A DNA stretch of 64,000 nt from Candidatus Eiseniibacteriota bacterium (GCA_965224245.1 OZ245046.1:576001-640000), one strand, 5' to 3'; positions 8,925-20,500 are shown, numbered from the stretch's first letter. Notes: a model not told the origin generated them from the sequence alone. Made by a program: numbers and translations.

Positions 8925-9344
8925 CTACCACCGACCGAGAGGCACCCGGATGCGACCCGGCCCGGTCAGGAGCAGCGCGACGTAGACCCCCAGAAGCTCG
9001 AGCGCGTGCGAGGCCCCCTTCCACCCGGCCCCTGACGCGTCCTCGGGCAGACTCAGGTGCCGGATGACGGCCACGAGCATCGTGAACGCGAGCATCGCCG
9101 CCGACGGTCGGAACAGAACGCCGAGCACCAGGAGGGCCGAGCAGACCACCTCGGCGAACATGGCCATGAAGCCCCAGAAGACCGGTGCGAACCGGATGCC
9201 GAGGTTCGCCATCTGGCCGCCCAGTCCTTCCCACCGCTCGGGACCTCCCTGGAGCTTGCCCCAGCCGTGAAAGACGAGCATCGACAGACCGATCACCAGC
9301 CTCAACACGAACAGACCGATGTCGCGGCGCCGGGCGTTCTCCAT
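8925..9344 (-). CDS. DoxX family membrane protein
   Basis: 'LRLVIGLSMLVFHGWGKL...AEVVCSALLVLG..R...LLTGPGR' pattern; GGAGG RBS before ATG 9344. Confidence 0.88.
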   Translation of the reverse strand: MENARRRDIGLFVLRLVIGLSMLVFHGWGKLQGGPERWEGLGGQMANLGIRFAPVFWGFMAMFAEVVCSALLVLGVLFRPSAAMLAFTMLVAVIRHLSLPEDASGAGWKGASHALELLGVYVALLLTGPGRIRVPLGRW

Positions 9345-9545
9345 GTGGTGTCCTCCAGGGGGCGTCGGGCCGGCGAGTGGACGCCGGCAATCGAATCGCG
9401 GACGGCGCCGGCCCGTTCGCGTCCGGACCGACCACCGAGTTCGGCGGAGTCTAGTCGGCACGGGTCACGGTGGCAAACGACGCCGCGCGAGACGGGTGTT
9501 GCGCGCGCTCGTACTTGCTTGTGTTCGACCGCGGTCCCGCGCACC

Positions 9546-10607
9546 ATGGCGGCCATGGAGCTTCTGGTACCGATGGCGATCGCCGCGATCGCGCTCGCGC
9601 TCGTCTTCGACTTCACGAACGGGTACAACGACTCCGGCAGCCTCGTGGCCACGATGGTGGCATCGAGGGCGCTGTCGGCTCGGCGGGCCGTCGTCCTGGC
9701 GGGCGTGTTCGAGTTCCTGGGGCCGATGCTGGGTGGAACGGCGGTCGCGAACACGGTCGGGAAGATCCTGATCCTGGACGCGACAGGCACGCTGGTCCCG
9801 GTCGTCCTGGCCGGGGTGTCCGCCGCGATCTTCTGGAACGTCATCACCTGGTACGTCGGCATCCCGTCCAGCTCATCGCACGCGATCTTCGGAGGGCTCG
9901 TCGGCGCGGCGCTCGTGGCCACCGGAGACGCCAGCGCCGTGGACTGGGGGATCGAAGGCTTCGACGCACGACATCCGCGTGGAGTCGCGGGTGTCGCGAT
10001 GACGCTGTTCGTGTCGCCGTTCGTGGGGTTCGCGATCGGGTTCGTGTTCCAGAAGGTCACCTCGCGGCTGCTGCGCGGCGCCACGCCACGCGCGAACCGG
10101 GTACTTCGCCGGCTGCAGCTCGTGACGGCATCGGCGCTGGCGTTCAGCCACGGCACCAACGACGCGCAGAAGACGATGGGCATCATCACGGTCGTGCTCG
10201 TGTCCGCGGGGTGGGCGACGGCCTTCGAGGTTCCGACCTGGGTCAAGCTGGGGGCGGCCACGATGATCGCGGCCGGTGCGATGACCGGTGGATGGCGGAT
10301 CATGAAGACCGTGGGATCGGGGATCTTCCGCGTGCGGCCGATTCACGGGTTCAGCTCCCAGGGGGCCTCGGCGGCCATCATCCTGTCCAGCGCGCTGCTC
10401 GGCGGTCCGGTGTCGACCGCGCACGTCGTGTCGTCGTCGGTGATGGGCGTCGGCAGCGCCGCCCGTCGGCGAGCCGTCCGCTGGGGCCGCGTCCGGGAGA
10501 TTCTCGTCACGTGGGCGATCACGATCCCGGCGAGCGCGGCGCTCGCCGGCCTCCTGTCGTGGTGGCTGAGGCTGGTGCTCGGAACACGAGGAGGCGCGGG
10601 TGTCTGA
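9546..10607 (+). CDS. pit: Inorganic phosphate transporter, PiT family
   Basis: FDFTNGYND, GIPSSSSHA, FSHGTNDAQKTMGII and PVSTAHV motifs. Start is 9546 or 9555. Confidence 0.92.
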   Translation: MAAMELLVPMAIAAIALALVFDFTNGYNDSGSLVATMVASRALSARRAVVLAGVFEFLGPMLGGTAVANTVGKILILDATGTLVPVVLAGVSAAIFWNVITWYVGIPSSSSHAIFGGLVGAALVATGDASAVDWGIEGFDARHPRGVAGVAMTLFVSPFVGFAIGFVFQKVTSRLLRGATPRANRVLRRLQLVTASALAFSHGTNDAQKTMGIITVVLVSAGWATAFEVPTWVKLGAATMIAAGAMTGGWRIMKTVGSGIFRVRPIHGFSSQGASAAIILSSALLGGPVSTAHVVSSSVMGVGSAARRRAVRWGRVREILVTWAITIPASAALAGLLSWWLRLVLGTRGGAGV

Positions 10608-11223
10608 GACGAGGTGGTGGCGGCGGCTGATCTCGTCGGAGCCGGACTTCTTCGCGCTGCTGTCGAAGCACGCATCCGTGGTGGATGAAGGCGTGAAGGC
10701 ACTCCATCGATACCTGAGCCAGCGAGACGAGCGCGACGCGATCCGCGTGCGCCAGCTCGAGAAGGATGCGGACGACCTCCGCCGCGAGCTGCGAGGCGAG
10801 ATCTTCGACGCGTTCTCGACCCCGATCGACCGGGAGGACCTGTTCTACCTGAGTCGGCGTCTGGACGAGGTCATCAACTACGCCAAGCACACGCTGAGAG
10901 ACGTGCAGATTCTCGACACGCCCACCACGAGCCTCACCCGGGAGATGTCCGCGGCGCTGGTCGAGGGCTCGGGGCACCTGCTGGAGGCGATCCGGCACCT
11001 CCCGGCCGCCGACGCCACCTGTCACCACCACGCCCGGGCGGCCAAGAACTGCGAGAACGACGTGACGAAGCTCTATCCGCGGGCGCTCAAGGCCCTCTTC
11101 GAGGGAGAGGACGTCAAGGAGATCCTCAAGCAGTGGGAGCTCCTTCGCAATCTGGACATGACGGCCGATCGCATCGACGAGGTCGCCGACGTGATCATGC
11201 ACATCGTCATCAAGGAGGCGTAG
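10600..11223 (+). CDS. DUF47 / PhoU-like Pit accessory protein
   Basis: 'LEKDADDLRR...FSTPIDREDL..LSRRLDEV'; overlaps the pit stop. Confidence 0.9.
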   Translation: MSETRWWRRLISSEPDFFALLSKHASVVDEGVKALHRYLSQRDERDAIRVRQLEKDADDLRRELRGEIFDAFSTPIDREDLFYLSRRLDEVINYAKHTLRDVQILDTPTTSLTREMSAALVEGSGHLLEAIRHLPAADATCHHHARAAKNCENDVTKLYPRALKALFEGEDVKEILKQWELLRNLDMTADRIDEVADVIMHIVIKEA

Positions 11224-11226
11224 CCG

Positions 11227-12912
11227 ATGGACGCGCTCGTCATGTCGTTGCAGATCGTCGGCGCCCTCGGGGTCTTTCTCTACGGTCTGACCGTGATGAG
11301 CGACGGACTCCAGAAGGCCGCCGGCGACGAGCTCCGAGCCATCCTGCGGAAGGCGACCGAGAACCGGTTCCTGGCCACGCTGTCGGGGTTTCTCGTGACC
11401 TGCGCCGTTCAGTCGTCCAGCGTGACCACCGTGATGGTGGTCGCGCTGTGCAGCGCCCAGCTCCTGACCTTGAGCCAGAGTCTCGGGGTGATCTTCGGCG
11501 CCAACATCGGCACGACGACGACGGCCTGGCTGGTCAGCCTCCTCGGCTTCAAGGTGAAGATCTCGGCGTTCGCGGTGCCGATGGTGGGGATCGGGTTCTT
11601 CTCGCGGTTCATCAAGCGATGGAGCCTGCCCCACAAGGTCGGGCAATCGATGGTCGGCTTCGGGTTGCTCTTCCTGGGCCTTCAGCTGCTGAAGGACGGG
11701 ATTCCCGACGTCAAGGACTCACCGGCCGTGATGGAGTGGATCGCCAGGATCGAGCCGAGCGGCTTCCTGGGGATCGTGAGCGCGATCCTGTTCGGCACCG
11801 TGATCACGCTGATCGTCCAGTCCTCGAGCGCCGCGATGGCCATCACGCTGACCGCCGCCGCCAAGGGATACATCGACTTTCCGACGGCGTGTGCGATCAC
11901 GCTGGGCGAGAACATCGGGACCACGATCACGGCCGCCCTGGCCTCGATCGGGGCGCCGCCGCTGGCCCGCCGGGCCGCTCTGGGGCACTTCCTGTTCAAC
12001 TTCCTGGGCGTCATCTGGCCGGTCGCGTTCTTCGGCGCCGTCGTCGGGGTCGTCGATCGCCTGGTGCCGGGCGACCCGTTCGGGACGAGCGAGTCCGCGA
12101 TGCTGCTGGCGATTCCCACCCACATCGCCGCGTTTCACACGTCGTTCAACGTGGTCAACACGGCGCTCTTTCTCCCGCTGGTCAAGCAGCTGGAGCGGCT
12201 GATCTGTCGGCTCCTGCCCGAGCGCGGCGATGCGGTGGTGGACGACCACGAGCTGGTCTATCTCACGACGCCGTTTGGTGCGACTCCGGAGCTGGCCATC
12301 CCGAGCGCCCGCCAGGAGGTCGATCGGATGGCCGGCATCACGCTGAAGATCATGGCACGCATCCGGCAGGCGCTGGTCGCGTCGGGTGCCGAGCGAACCC
12401 GGTTGCTCCAGAAGATCCAGGCTCACGAACGAGCGACCGACGTGCTGGAGCACAAGATCACCCATTATCTGGCGGCTCTCGTCCATGGTCAGCTCTCGTC
12501 GTCCGCCACGCGTTCGGCGCTCTCCCTGTTGAGCATGATCAACGATCTGGAGCGCATCGGTGATCACGGCGAGAAGTTCGCGCTCGTGCTGGAGCGACAG
12601 AACGGATCGATCACGTTTTCGGAGGAGGTCCTCGAGGAGCTTCAGGAGATGGCCGAGCTCACGGCGCTGAATCTCCAGGCGATGCGCCGGTCGATCCTCC
12701 ATCCGGAGGGGGACCCGCTCATCGCCGCGCGCGAGCGTGAGAACGCGCTCAACGACATGCGAAATCGGCTGCGCCGCGCCCATCTTCGCCGCATGGAGCA
12801 GGGCCGGGTCGATCCCGTCTCGGGGATCGCCTTCATGGACATCGTCACGGGCTTCGAGAAGATGGGTGATCACTCGTACAACGTGATCGAGGCCACGGTC
12901 GGACTCAAGTGA
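11227..12912 (+). CDS. Na+/Pi cotransporter (NptA/YjbB family) with C-terminal PhoU repeats
   Basis: Two QSSS...G(A/E)NIGTT repeats; PhoU-like 'DLERIGDH' and 'FEKMGDH'. Confidence 0.92.
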   Translation: MDALVMSLQIVGALGVFLYGLTVMSDGLQKAAGDELRAILRKATENRFLATLSGFLVTCAVQSSSVTTVMVVALCSAQLLTLSQSLGVIFGANIGTTTTAWLVSLLGFKVKISAFAVPMVGIGFFSRFIKRWSLPHKVGQSMVGFGLLFLGLQLLKDGIPDVKDSPAVMEWIARIEPSGFLGIVSAILFGTVITLIVQSSSAAMAITLTAAAKGYIDFPTACAITLGENIGTTITAALASIGAPPLARRAALGHFLFNFLGVIWPVAFFGAVVGVVDRLVPGDPFGTSESAMLLAIPTHIAAFHTSFNVVNTALFLPLVKQLERLICRLLPERGDAVVDDHELVYLTTPFGATPELAIPSARQEVDRMAGITLKIMARIRQALVASGAERTRLLQKIQAHERATDVLEHKITHYLAALVHGQLSSSATRSALSLLSMINDLERIGDHGEKFALVLERQNGSITFSEEVLEELQEMAELTALNLQAMRRSILHPEGDPLIAARERENALNDMRNRLRRAHLRRMEQGRVDPVSGIAFMDIVTGFEKMGDHSYNVIEATVGLK

Positions 12913-12933
12913 CCGCACCCCGTCGGCGGCCGT

Positions 12934-13671
12934 TCACCGGCCTCCGGCGCTCGATCCGTCCTCGCCGACGTGGAGGAGCGTGCGCCAGCCGCCGAAGCCG
13001 TCCTCCTCGCGCGCCTCGACGAGCGGGTCGGGGATCCATCGCTCTCCGTCGATCACGATCTGGTACGCGTGGTCGCCGGGCTCGAGTCGGATCGTCACCT
13101 CCCACAGGCCGTCTCCGTCGGGGTCGGACATCACGTGCGTCGCCGCGTTCCAGCCGTCGAAGGTGCCCGCGACGGACACCGCGTTCACGTGCGGGCCGCG
13201 GGGCCGGTACCGAAAGACGACGTCGACGCCCGGCGGAGGCTCGTCGGCGCCGGGGCCGGCGCCGGCGTCGCCGACCGTGATCGGCTCCTCGCCGATCTCC
13301 ACCACCGAGTTCCGGCCGCCGAAGCCATCGTCGGTGAAGGCCGCCGCGGACTCGTCGGTGAACCAGTCCGTGCCGCCGACCACGAACTTGTACTGATGGG
13401 TGCCCGGCGAGATCCGGAGCGTGACCTCCCAGATGCCGTCCCCGTCCGGATCGGCCATCGGGCTGGCCCCGGGATTCCAGTCGTTGAACGTGCCCGCCAC
13501 GGTCACCGGGCCAGCGTCACCCGGCGGGCGGAAGCGAAAGCGGACGGACGTGAGCGCGTCATCGCCCCGGGCGGGTGTTCCCGCTGTCAGCAGAAGCGCC
13601 ACGAGCCCGGGAGCGACCCCGGCGCGCGCGAGCGCCCAGGCCGTCCGCGGGAGATCGAGTGCTCCGATCAT
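12934..13671 (-). CDS. Secreted protein with two tandem CBM48/AMPK-type glycogen-binding domains
   Basis: Two repeats of 'V.VAGTF..WN.....M.DPDGDG.WEVT.R..PG.H.Y..V..G..W..D......DGFGG'; signal-like N-terminus; GGAG before ATG 13671. Confidence 0.85.
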   Translation of the reverse strand: MIGALDLPRTAWALARAGVAPGLVALLLTAGTPARGDDALTSVRFRFRPPGDAGPVTVAGTFNDWNPGASPMADPDGDGIWEVTLRISPGTHQYKFVVGGTDWFTDESAAAFTDDGFGGRNSVVEIGEEPITVGDAGAGPGADEPPPGVDVVFRYRPRGPHVNAVSVAGTFDGWNAATHVMSDPDGDGLWEVTIRLEPGDHAYQIVIDGERWIPDPLVEAREEDGFGGWRTLLHVGEDGSSAGGR

Positions 13672-13812
13672 GGCTCGGCTCCAACCGGGGTGTGACGGGT
13701 CGCGGCCTCCGCGCTCGGGGGCGGAGCTGCCGCGTCCGACGAGGCCGCGGACGATTGCGATCGCGTCGGACTCCCTGCTAGCGTACGGCACCCACGACGA
13801 GGAGCCAACCGC

Positions 13813-15966
13813 GTGACGACCCGATCCCGACACGATCGAGCCCGACACCGACCGGACCGATCCCTCGCGCGGGACCGGTCGTCGAGCCGGCAGGGGAACC
13901 GGAGACGGCGCGGACGCCGGACCACCATCGCCGGCCTGGCACTGCTGACCGTCGTTGCGCATGCCGCAGGGGCGGATACCTCACGGACGGTGCGTTCACC
14001 CCACGATCGGATCGCGTTCACGCTGGAGCTCGACGCGGGGGGTCGACCGCACTACCGGATCACCCACGACGACGTCGTGATCGTCGATCGGTCGCGCCTC
14101 GGGTTCACGTTCCGGTCGATGACGCCGCTCGACCGCGGCCTCGAGATCGCGCGGGCCGACACGAGAGCGTCCGTGGAGACGTACGCACTGCCCTGGGGCG
14201 AGCGCCGGGACGTCGCCGCGCCGTTCACGGAGCTCACGCTGGAGCTCCGCGAGTCGGCACCTCCGGCCCGACGGATGACGATGACGGTGCGCGTGTTCGA
14301 CGACGGCGTGGGGTTCCGGTTCGCGTGGCCGCGTCAGGCAGGCATGGACGCGTTCGTGATCACCGACGAGCTCACCGAGTTCGTCCTGCCCGGGGATCCA
14401 CGCGCGTGGTGGATCCCGGCCTACGCCGGCAATCGCTACGAGTATCCCTACCGCGGGACGCGGCTGAGCGCGATCGCCGCCGACCGGACCGTCCGTGCGG
14501 TGCACACCCCGATCACGTTCGAGACCGAGGACGGTCGCTACGTCAGCGTTCACGAGGCGGCGCTGACCGACTACGCGGCGATGACGCTTCGCGTCGAGTC
14601 CGGCTCGGTGCTCGCGTGCGATCTCGTGCCGTGGTCGGACGGCTCCAAGGTCGTCGGGGCCACCCCGTTCCGGACGCCCTGGCGCACGATCCAGATCGCG
14701 GCCACGCCCGGGGAGCTGATCGAGTCGACGCTCGTGCTGAACCTGAACGAACCCTCGCGGCTGACCGACGTCGACTGGATCCATCCGGCCAAGTACGTGG
14801 GGATCTGGTGGTCGCTCCACATCGGCAAGGAGAGCTGGAAGACGGGACCCGACCACGGCGCCACCACCGAGAACGCATGTCGCTACATCGACTTCGCCGC
14901 CGAGAACGGCTTTCGCGGGGTTCTCGTCGAGGGCTGGAACGTGGGCTGGGACCAGGGCTGGCTGACCGAGGGCGTGTTCGACTACACGACCCCCACGCCC
15001 GACTACGACCTCGAGGAGGTGGCGCGCTACGCGCGCGAGCGAGGCGTCCACCTGATCGGCCATCTCGAGACCGGTGGCGACGTGCACGGGTTCGAGAGCC
15101 GCATGGACGCCGCGTTCGCGCAGTGTCGCCGGCTCGGCATCGACACGGTGAAGATGGGGTACGTCAGCCACGGGCAGGGGATCCGCCGCTACGACGAGTC
15201 CGGAGACCTGATCGCCAAGGAGTGGCAGCACGGCCAGTACATGGTCCGGCACTACCGGAAGATGGTCGAGCGCGCGGCCGAGTACGGGATCATGGTGAAC
15301 GTCCACGAGCCCATCAAGGACACCGGAATCCGGCGCACGTGGCCCAACCTGCTCACACGCGAGGGGGCCAGGGGACAGGAGTACAATGCCTGGAGCGAGG
15401 GAAACGCCCCCGAGCACACGACCATTCTGCCCTTCACCCGGCTTCTGGGTGCGCCGATGGACTACACGCCCGGCGTCTTCGACGTGATGATCGAGCCCTA
15501 CCGGCCGGACAACCGCGTGCACGCGACGATCGCCAAGCAGCTCGCGCTGTACGTCGTGATCTACAGTCCGCTTCAGATGGTCACCGATCTTCCGGAGCAC
15601 TACCGAGGTCATCCCGGATTCGGGTTCATCCGGGCCGTCCCCGTGGAGTGGGACGAGACGCGCGTGCTCAACGGCGCCATCGGTGACTACGTGACGATCG
15701 TCCGGCGCGAGCGCGGCGGAGACGAGTGGTATCTCGGGAGCATCACCGACGAGCACCCGCGCACCTTCGCCGTTCCGCTCCGATTCCTGGACCCCGGGAT
15801 GACCTACGTCGCGTCCGTTTACGGCGACGGCGACGGCGCGGACTACCGTTCGAACCCCACCCGGATGCGGATCACGCGCGAGTTCGTGACCGCCGACACG
15901 TTGCTCCGGATCGACCTGGCGCCGGGGGGTGGGCAGGCGATCCGCTTCCGACCGCTCGACGAGTGA
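13813..15966 (+). CDS. Glycoside hydrolase family 97 (SusB-like alpha-glucosidase)
   Basis: KYVGIWW, VLVEGWN.GW, HEPIKDTG..RTWPN...REGARGQEYNAW, PMDYTPG; GAGGAG RBS. Confidence 0.93.
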   Translation: MTTRSRHDRARHRPDRSLARDRSSSRQGNRRRRGRRTTIAGLALLTVVAHAAGADTSRTVRSPHDRIAFTLELDAGGRPHYRITHDDVVIVDRSRLGFTFRSMTPLDRGLEIARADTRASVETYALPWGERRDVAAPFTELTLELRESAPPARRMTMTVRVFDDGVGFRFAWPRQAGMDAFVITDELTEFVLPGDPRAWWIPAYAGNRYEYPYRGTRLSAIAADRTVRAVHTPITFETEDGRYVSVHEAALTDYAAMTLRVESGSVLACDLVPWSDGSKVVGATPFRTPWRTIQIAATPGELIESTLVLNLNEPSRLTDVDWIHPAKYVGIWWSLHIGKESWKTGPDHGATTENACRYIDFAAENGFRGVLVEGWNVGWDQGWLTEGVFDYTTPTPDYDLEEVARYARERGVHLIGHLETGGDVHGFESRMDAAFAQCRRLGIDTVKMGYVSHGQGIRRYDESGDLIAKEWQHGQYMVRHYRKMVERAAEYGIMVNVHEPIKDTGIRRTWPNLLTREGARGQEYNAWSEGNAPEHTTILPFTRLLGAPMDYTPGVFDVMIEPYRPDNRVHATIAKQLALYVVIYSPLQMVTDLPEHYRGHPGFGFIRAVPVEWDETRVLNGAIGDYVTIVRRERGGDEWYLGSITDEHPRTFAVPLRFLDPGMTYVASVYGDGDGADYRSNPTRMRITREFVTADTLLRIDLAPGGGQAIRFRPLDE

Positions 15967-16093
15967 TCCGAGCTCGCCGACTCTCGGCGGCGTGCGGTAC
16001 CCTGGACGGGTCCATCGGTCGGCTCGAGAACGCGTGCTTCGCGCGCGGCGCTCGCTCGACCGTCGTCCCCGCCATCCACCAGGAGCCCCCGAC

Positions 16094-17479
16094 GTGACGA
16101 CGACGTCCGCGCAATCGTTGGCCTCGATCAACCCCGCCACCGGCGAGGTCGTGGGGACGGTGTCCGTGACGCCGGCGTCGGAGATTACCCGGATCGTCGC
16201 GAGAGCCCGAGCCGCGCAGGCCGGCTGGGCGGCCACGTCGCTCGAGGCCCGTGGCGCGATGCTGGTGCGTGGTGGGGAGCGTCTCACCGAGAACTGCGAG
16301 GCGCTCGGCCTGCTCCTGACCCGGGAGATGGGCAAGCCGCTGTCGCACGGCATCGGAGAGGTGGCGAGCTGCGGCCGCGGCATGGCGAGCACGGTCGAGG
16401 ACATCGCGCGTGCACTGGCCCCCACGCCCTGCGAGGACGATCGCACGCGCTCGACGATCTACCACGATCCGCTCGGGGTGTGCGCGGCGATCTCGCCCTG
16501 GAACTTCCCGATCTCGATGCCGCACTGGCTCGTCGTGCCGGCGCTGATGGCCGGCAACACGGTCGTGCTGAAGCCGTCCGAGGAGACGCCGCTGATCGCG
16601 CAGGAGTACGTCGACGCGCTGAACGCGTTTCTGCCCGAGGGTGTGCTCCAGATCGTGCACGGCGCCGACGAGCAAGGGAAGGCGCTCGTCGCCGCCGACG
16701 TCGATCTGATCGCGTTCACCGGATCGCGCGAGACCGGGAAGCGGATTCTGAGTGCGGCGGCGCCCGCTCTCAAGCGCGTGATCCTCGAGCTCGGAGGCAA
16801 GGACCCGATGATCGTGCTGGACGACGCCGATCTCGATCGGGCGGCGACGTTCGCGGCGATGAACTCGTTTCGGAACGCGGGGCAGGTATGCGTGTCGACC
16901 GAGCGGATCTACGTGCACGAGCACGTGGCCGACGACTTCGTGGAGAAGCTCGTGCGGGCGGCCGGCGAGCTCGAGGTCGGGGACGGCACCGAGCCCGACG
17001 TCGTGATCGGTCCGATGATCAACGCACGCCAGCGCGACCACGTGCTGACTCAGGTCGCCGATGCGGTGCGGGCCGGCGCGCGGGTGGTGCATGGCGGGGG
17101 CGAGACCCGCGGGAACGTCGTGACCCCCATCGTGCTCGTCGACACCACGCACGAGATGGCCATCATGCGCGACGAGACGTTCGGGCCCGTCGCCTGTGTG
17201 ACGCGGGTCGGATCCGACGACGAGGCCGTGGCCCTGGCCAACGATTCCCCGTTCGGTCTGGGCGCGTGCGTGTTCGGGGGCGACGAGACGCGTGCCCGTG
17301 CGATCGCACGCCGGTTGACGGCCGGCATGATCGGCATCAACAAGGGCTGCGGCGGTGCGGCGGGGACACCGTGGGTGGGCGCCCGCCAGAGCGGCTACGG
17401 CTATCACAGCTCGCCCGAGGGCCATCGGCAGTTCACGCAGGCCCGGGTCGTGAGCGTCTCGCGGCCGGAGGGTGCGTGA
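16094..17479 (+). CDS. Aldehyde dehydrogenase family protein
   Basis: PWNFP, KPSEETP, FTGS, LELGGKDP, NAGQVC, ETFGPV; AGGAG before GTG 16094. Confidence 0.93.
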   Translation: MTTTSAQSLASINPATGEVVGTVSVTPASEITRIVARARAAQAGWAATSLEARGAMLVRGGERLTENCEALGLLLTREMGKPLSHGIGEVASCGRGMASTVEDIARALAPTPCEDDRTRSTIYHDPLGVCAAISPWNFPISMPHWLVVPALMAGNTVVLKPSEETPLIAQEYVDALNAFLPEGVLQIVHGADEQGKALVAADVDLIAFTGSRETGKRILSAAAPALKRVILELGGKDPMIVLDDADLDRAATFAAMNSFRNAGQVCVSTERIYVHEHVADDFVEKLVRAAGELEVGDGTEPDVVIGPMINARQRDHVLTQVADAVRAGARVVHGGGETRGNVVTPIVLVDTTHEMAIMRDETFGPVACVTRVGSDDEAVALANDSPFGLGACVFGGDETRARAIARRLTAGMIGINKGCGGAAGTPWVGARQSGYGYHSSPEGHRQFTQARVVSVSRPEGA

Positions 17480-17554
17480 CGCGTTCCAGGATCGTCGTCG
17501 GGGAGACCGCGGATGCCGCGCGCTGCGACCGGGCCGTCCCCGTGGTGGCCGCGT

Positions 17555-20500
17555 TCAGCGGCGCACGTCGGCCGCCGCACTCGCGGCGCGATCGAGCGTC
17601 TTGCGCAGCACGTCGACCAGCGACGCGAGGCTGAACGGCTTCTCGACGATCGTGACCGTGGAGTCGTCGAGGTACCGCCGCGCGATGTCCCGGCCCACGT
17701 ACCCCGACATGTAGACCACCGCCACTCCCGGTCGCGACACCCGCACCCGTTCGGCCAGCTCGGGCCCGTTCATCTCCGGCATCACGACGTCGGTCAGGAG
17801 CAGGTCGAACGCGACGTCCCCGTCGGCGGCGAGCGCGGCGGCCTCGACCCCGTTCGCCGCCGTGATGACCGCATAGCCGTACGAGCGCAGTCCACGGCTG
17901 ATGAGGGTGCGGACCGGCTCGTCGTCCTCGGCCAGGAGGATCGTCTCGTTGCCCTGAGCGGCGCTCGACGGGACGGGCGGATGCGCGGACGCCTCGCCGG
18001 GCGCCGTCACCTGCGGCAGGTACACCGAGAACGTGGAGCCCGCACCCGCGACGCTTCTGACCTGGATGCGGCCACCGCTCTGCTCGATGATGCCGTGAGC
18101 GGTCGACAGGCCCAGCCCGGTGCCGCTCTCCTTCGTGGTGAAGAACGGATCGAAGACGTGCCGCAGCGTGTCCGGGTCCATGCCGATCCCGTCGTCGTGG
18201 ACCTCGATGACCGCGTACGCTCCGGGCTCGAGTCCGAGCCCGCCGGTGGCTCGCGACCCGAGTACGACGGACGACGTCGTGACCCGGACCTCGCCGCCAT
18301 CCGGCAAGGCGTCCCGGGCGTTGATGACGAGATTGACCACGACCTGCTCGATCTGCCCCGGATCCACCCGGACCCGACCGGCGTCGTGCGCGAGCACGAA
18401 GCTGAGCGCGATGTCGGCGCCGATGAGCCGTCGCAGGAGCGATTCGATTCCCTCGATGACCGCGTTCAGCGGCAGCACGCGCGGCTGCAGGATCTGGCCG
18501 CGACCGAACGCCAGGAGCTGCCGGGTCAGCGCCCCTGCACGCTCCTGGGCTCGGAGGATCTGCTCGGCGCTCTCGCGGACCGACCCGGTCTCGTGGGGGG
18601 CCGACGCGATGAGGTCGGCGTGTCCGCCGATCACGGTCAGGAGGTTGTTGAAGTCGTGCGCGACGCCGCCGGCGAGGAGCCCGATCGCCTCCATCTTCTG
18701 GGACTGCCGGAGCTGGGACTCGAGACGGCGCCGCTCGTCGTCGGCGTGGGACAGCTCGGTCACGTCGAGCGCATGTCCGACGACGGACGGGCCGACCTCG
18801 GGGTCGTCCAGTCGTACGTTCCGGTACTGCCAGATGCGCTCCTGGCCGGTTCGCGTCCGAACCCGAAGCGAGCCCTGGTCGTGCTCCCGGGTTCGGATCC
18901 GTGCCAGGTAGTCCTCCAGCGAGGGGTCCGACCGCGAATCGAGCACGTCACGCAGCGACCGACCGATGATCTCGTCGCTCGCGTAGCCGAGGTGCCGTGC
19001 CGCGGCGGGATTCAGGGCGGTGATCACGCCGTCGAACGTGTGCGCGAACATCAGCCCGGGCGTGTTGTCGGCCAGGCTCCGGTACCGGCGCTCGCTCTCG
19101 TGGAGCTGCCGTCGGTGGCGCCGGGCGCGACGCAGAGTGTACGTGGCACCACCCACCACGGCCGCCAGCCACAGACTGCCTCCGATCAGGAGCCCGGGCC
19201 TCAGATACCAGGGTGGCGCGATGACGACCTGGACCCGGGCGGGCTCGGAGAGGTCGCCGAAGAGGCTCTTCGACTGGACGTCGAGCACGTGGCCCCCGGA
19301 CTCGAGGTCCGCGGCGGACGCCTCGCGCTGGGTGCTCCACGGTGACCACGATCCGCCGTCCCAGCGGTGGCGGGTCTCGATCTCCTCGGCGGGCATCTCG
19401 GCCTCGAACGCCTCGACGCGCCAGCGCGCGAACACGCCCTCGTCCGCCGACCAGGTCTCGGTGATCGTGATGCGTGGGGGCGGGTTGTCGGACTCGGCGA
19501 GGGCCAGCGAGATGAGGCCGTTGCCCAGGCTTCCCGCGTACACCCGATCCGACGCGATCGAAAGCGGCCACAGTCGGCTGGCCGGATTGCCGCTCTGGCG
19601 ATCGAAGGTCGCGAAGCTGCCGTCGCGGTAGCTCGCCAGCCCGGCGGCGGTCGCGATCCAGAGCGTGCGGTCGAGTCCGAACGCGACGTCCCACACCCGG
19701 TTGTCGACGAGACCGTCCGCCACCGTGAAATGGCGCACGCGCCCCTCCGCGTCGATCGTTCCCAGGCCGAACGGCCGGTCGTGGTGGCCGAACCAGGGAC
19801 GGCCCTCGGCGTCGAGCGCGATCTCGTAGATCCCGAGCCCGACTCGGTCGGGGTCGTGCCAGTGTCGCCACTCGCCGTCTCGCCAGCGACTGATTCCCTT
19901 CAAGGTCCCGAACCAGCGAGTACCGTCCGGCGCCTCGGCGAACGCGTAGACCCGATCGTGCAGCAATCCCTCGCGCGTGCTCCAGTGATGAAACGCCCGA
20001 CCGTCGTACATGTACGCGCCCGGCTCGGGTGACTCGCCGAACACCTTTCCGACTCCGAGGAACCAGAGGTTCCCCCCGCGATCGGGCACGATCCTGTGAA
20101 TGCGCTCGGCCCCGAGCCCGTCCTCGGGACCCACATGGGTCCACGTGCCGTCCTGCCATCGGTACGCGCCGTCGAAGTCCGCGCCGCTCGACATCCAGAC
20201 GCCGCCCTCACGATCCTCGGCGAGGCCGGTCACGACGCCGACGTGGACTTCGCCGATCCGGGTCACGCGGTCGATCTCACCCGACGCGCGCAGCATGGCC
20301 ACGCCGTCGCCGGTGGCGAGCCAGATGTCGCCGTTTCCACGGCGCAGGATCGCGTTGACGCAGTTGTCTCGATCCGACGGCCCGACCGACACCTGCGTCC
20401 ATCGTCGGTGCGCGCGATGGGAGAAGACGCCCTGGTTGGTCGACACCCACAGGTCTCCGTCATCCTCCAGGAAGACGAACCGCGCCTCCTCGAGTGGGGC

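Noticed and set aside
9465-9520. c-di-GMP-I riboswitch upstream of pit (GGCAAAC seed)
   Set aside because: It lacks the GNRA-capped P2 and the downstream GCAAAGC/P3 elements.
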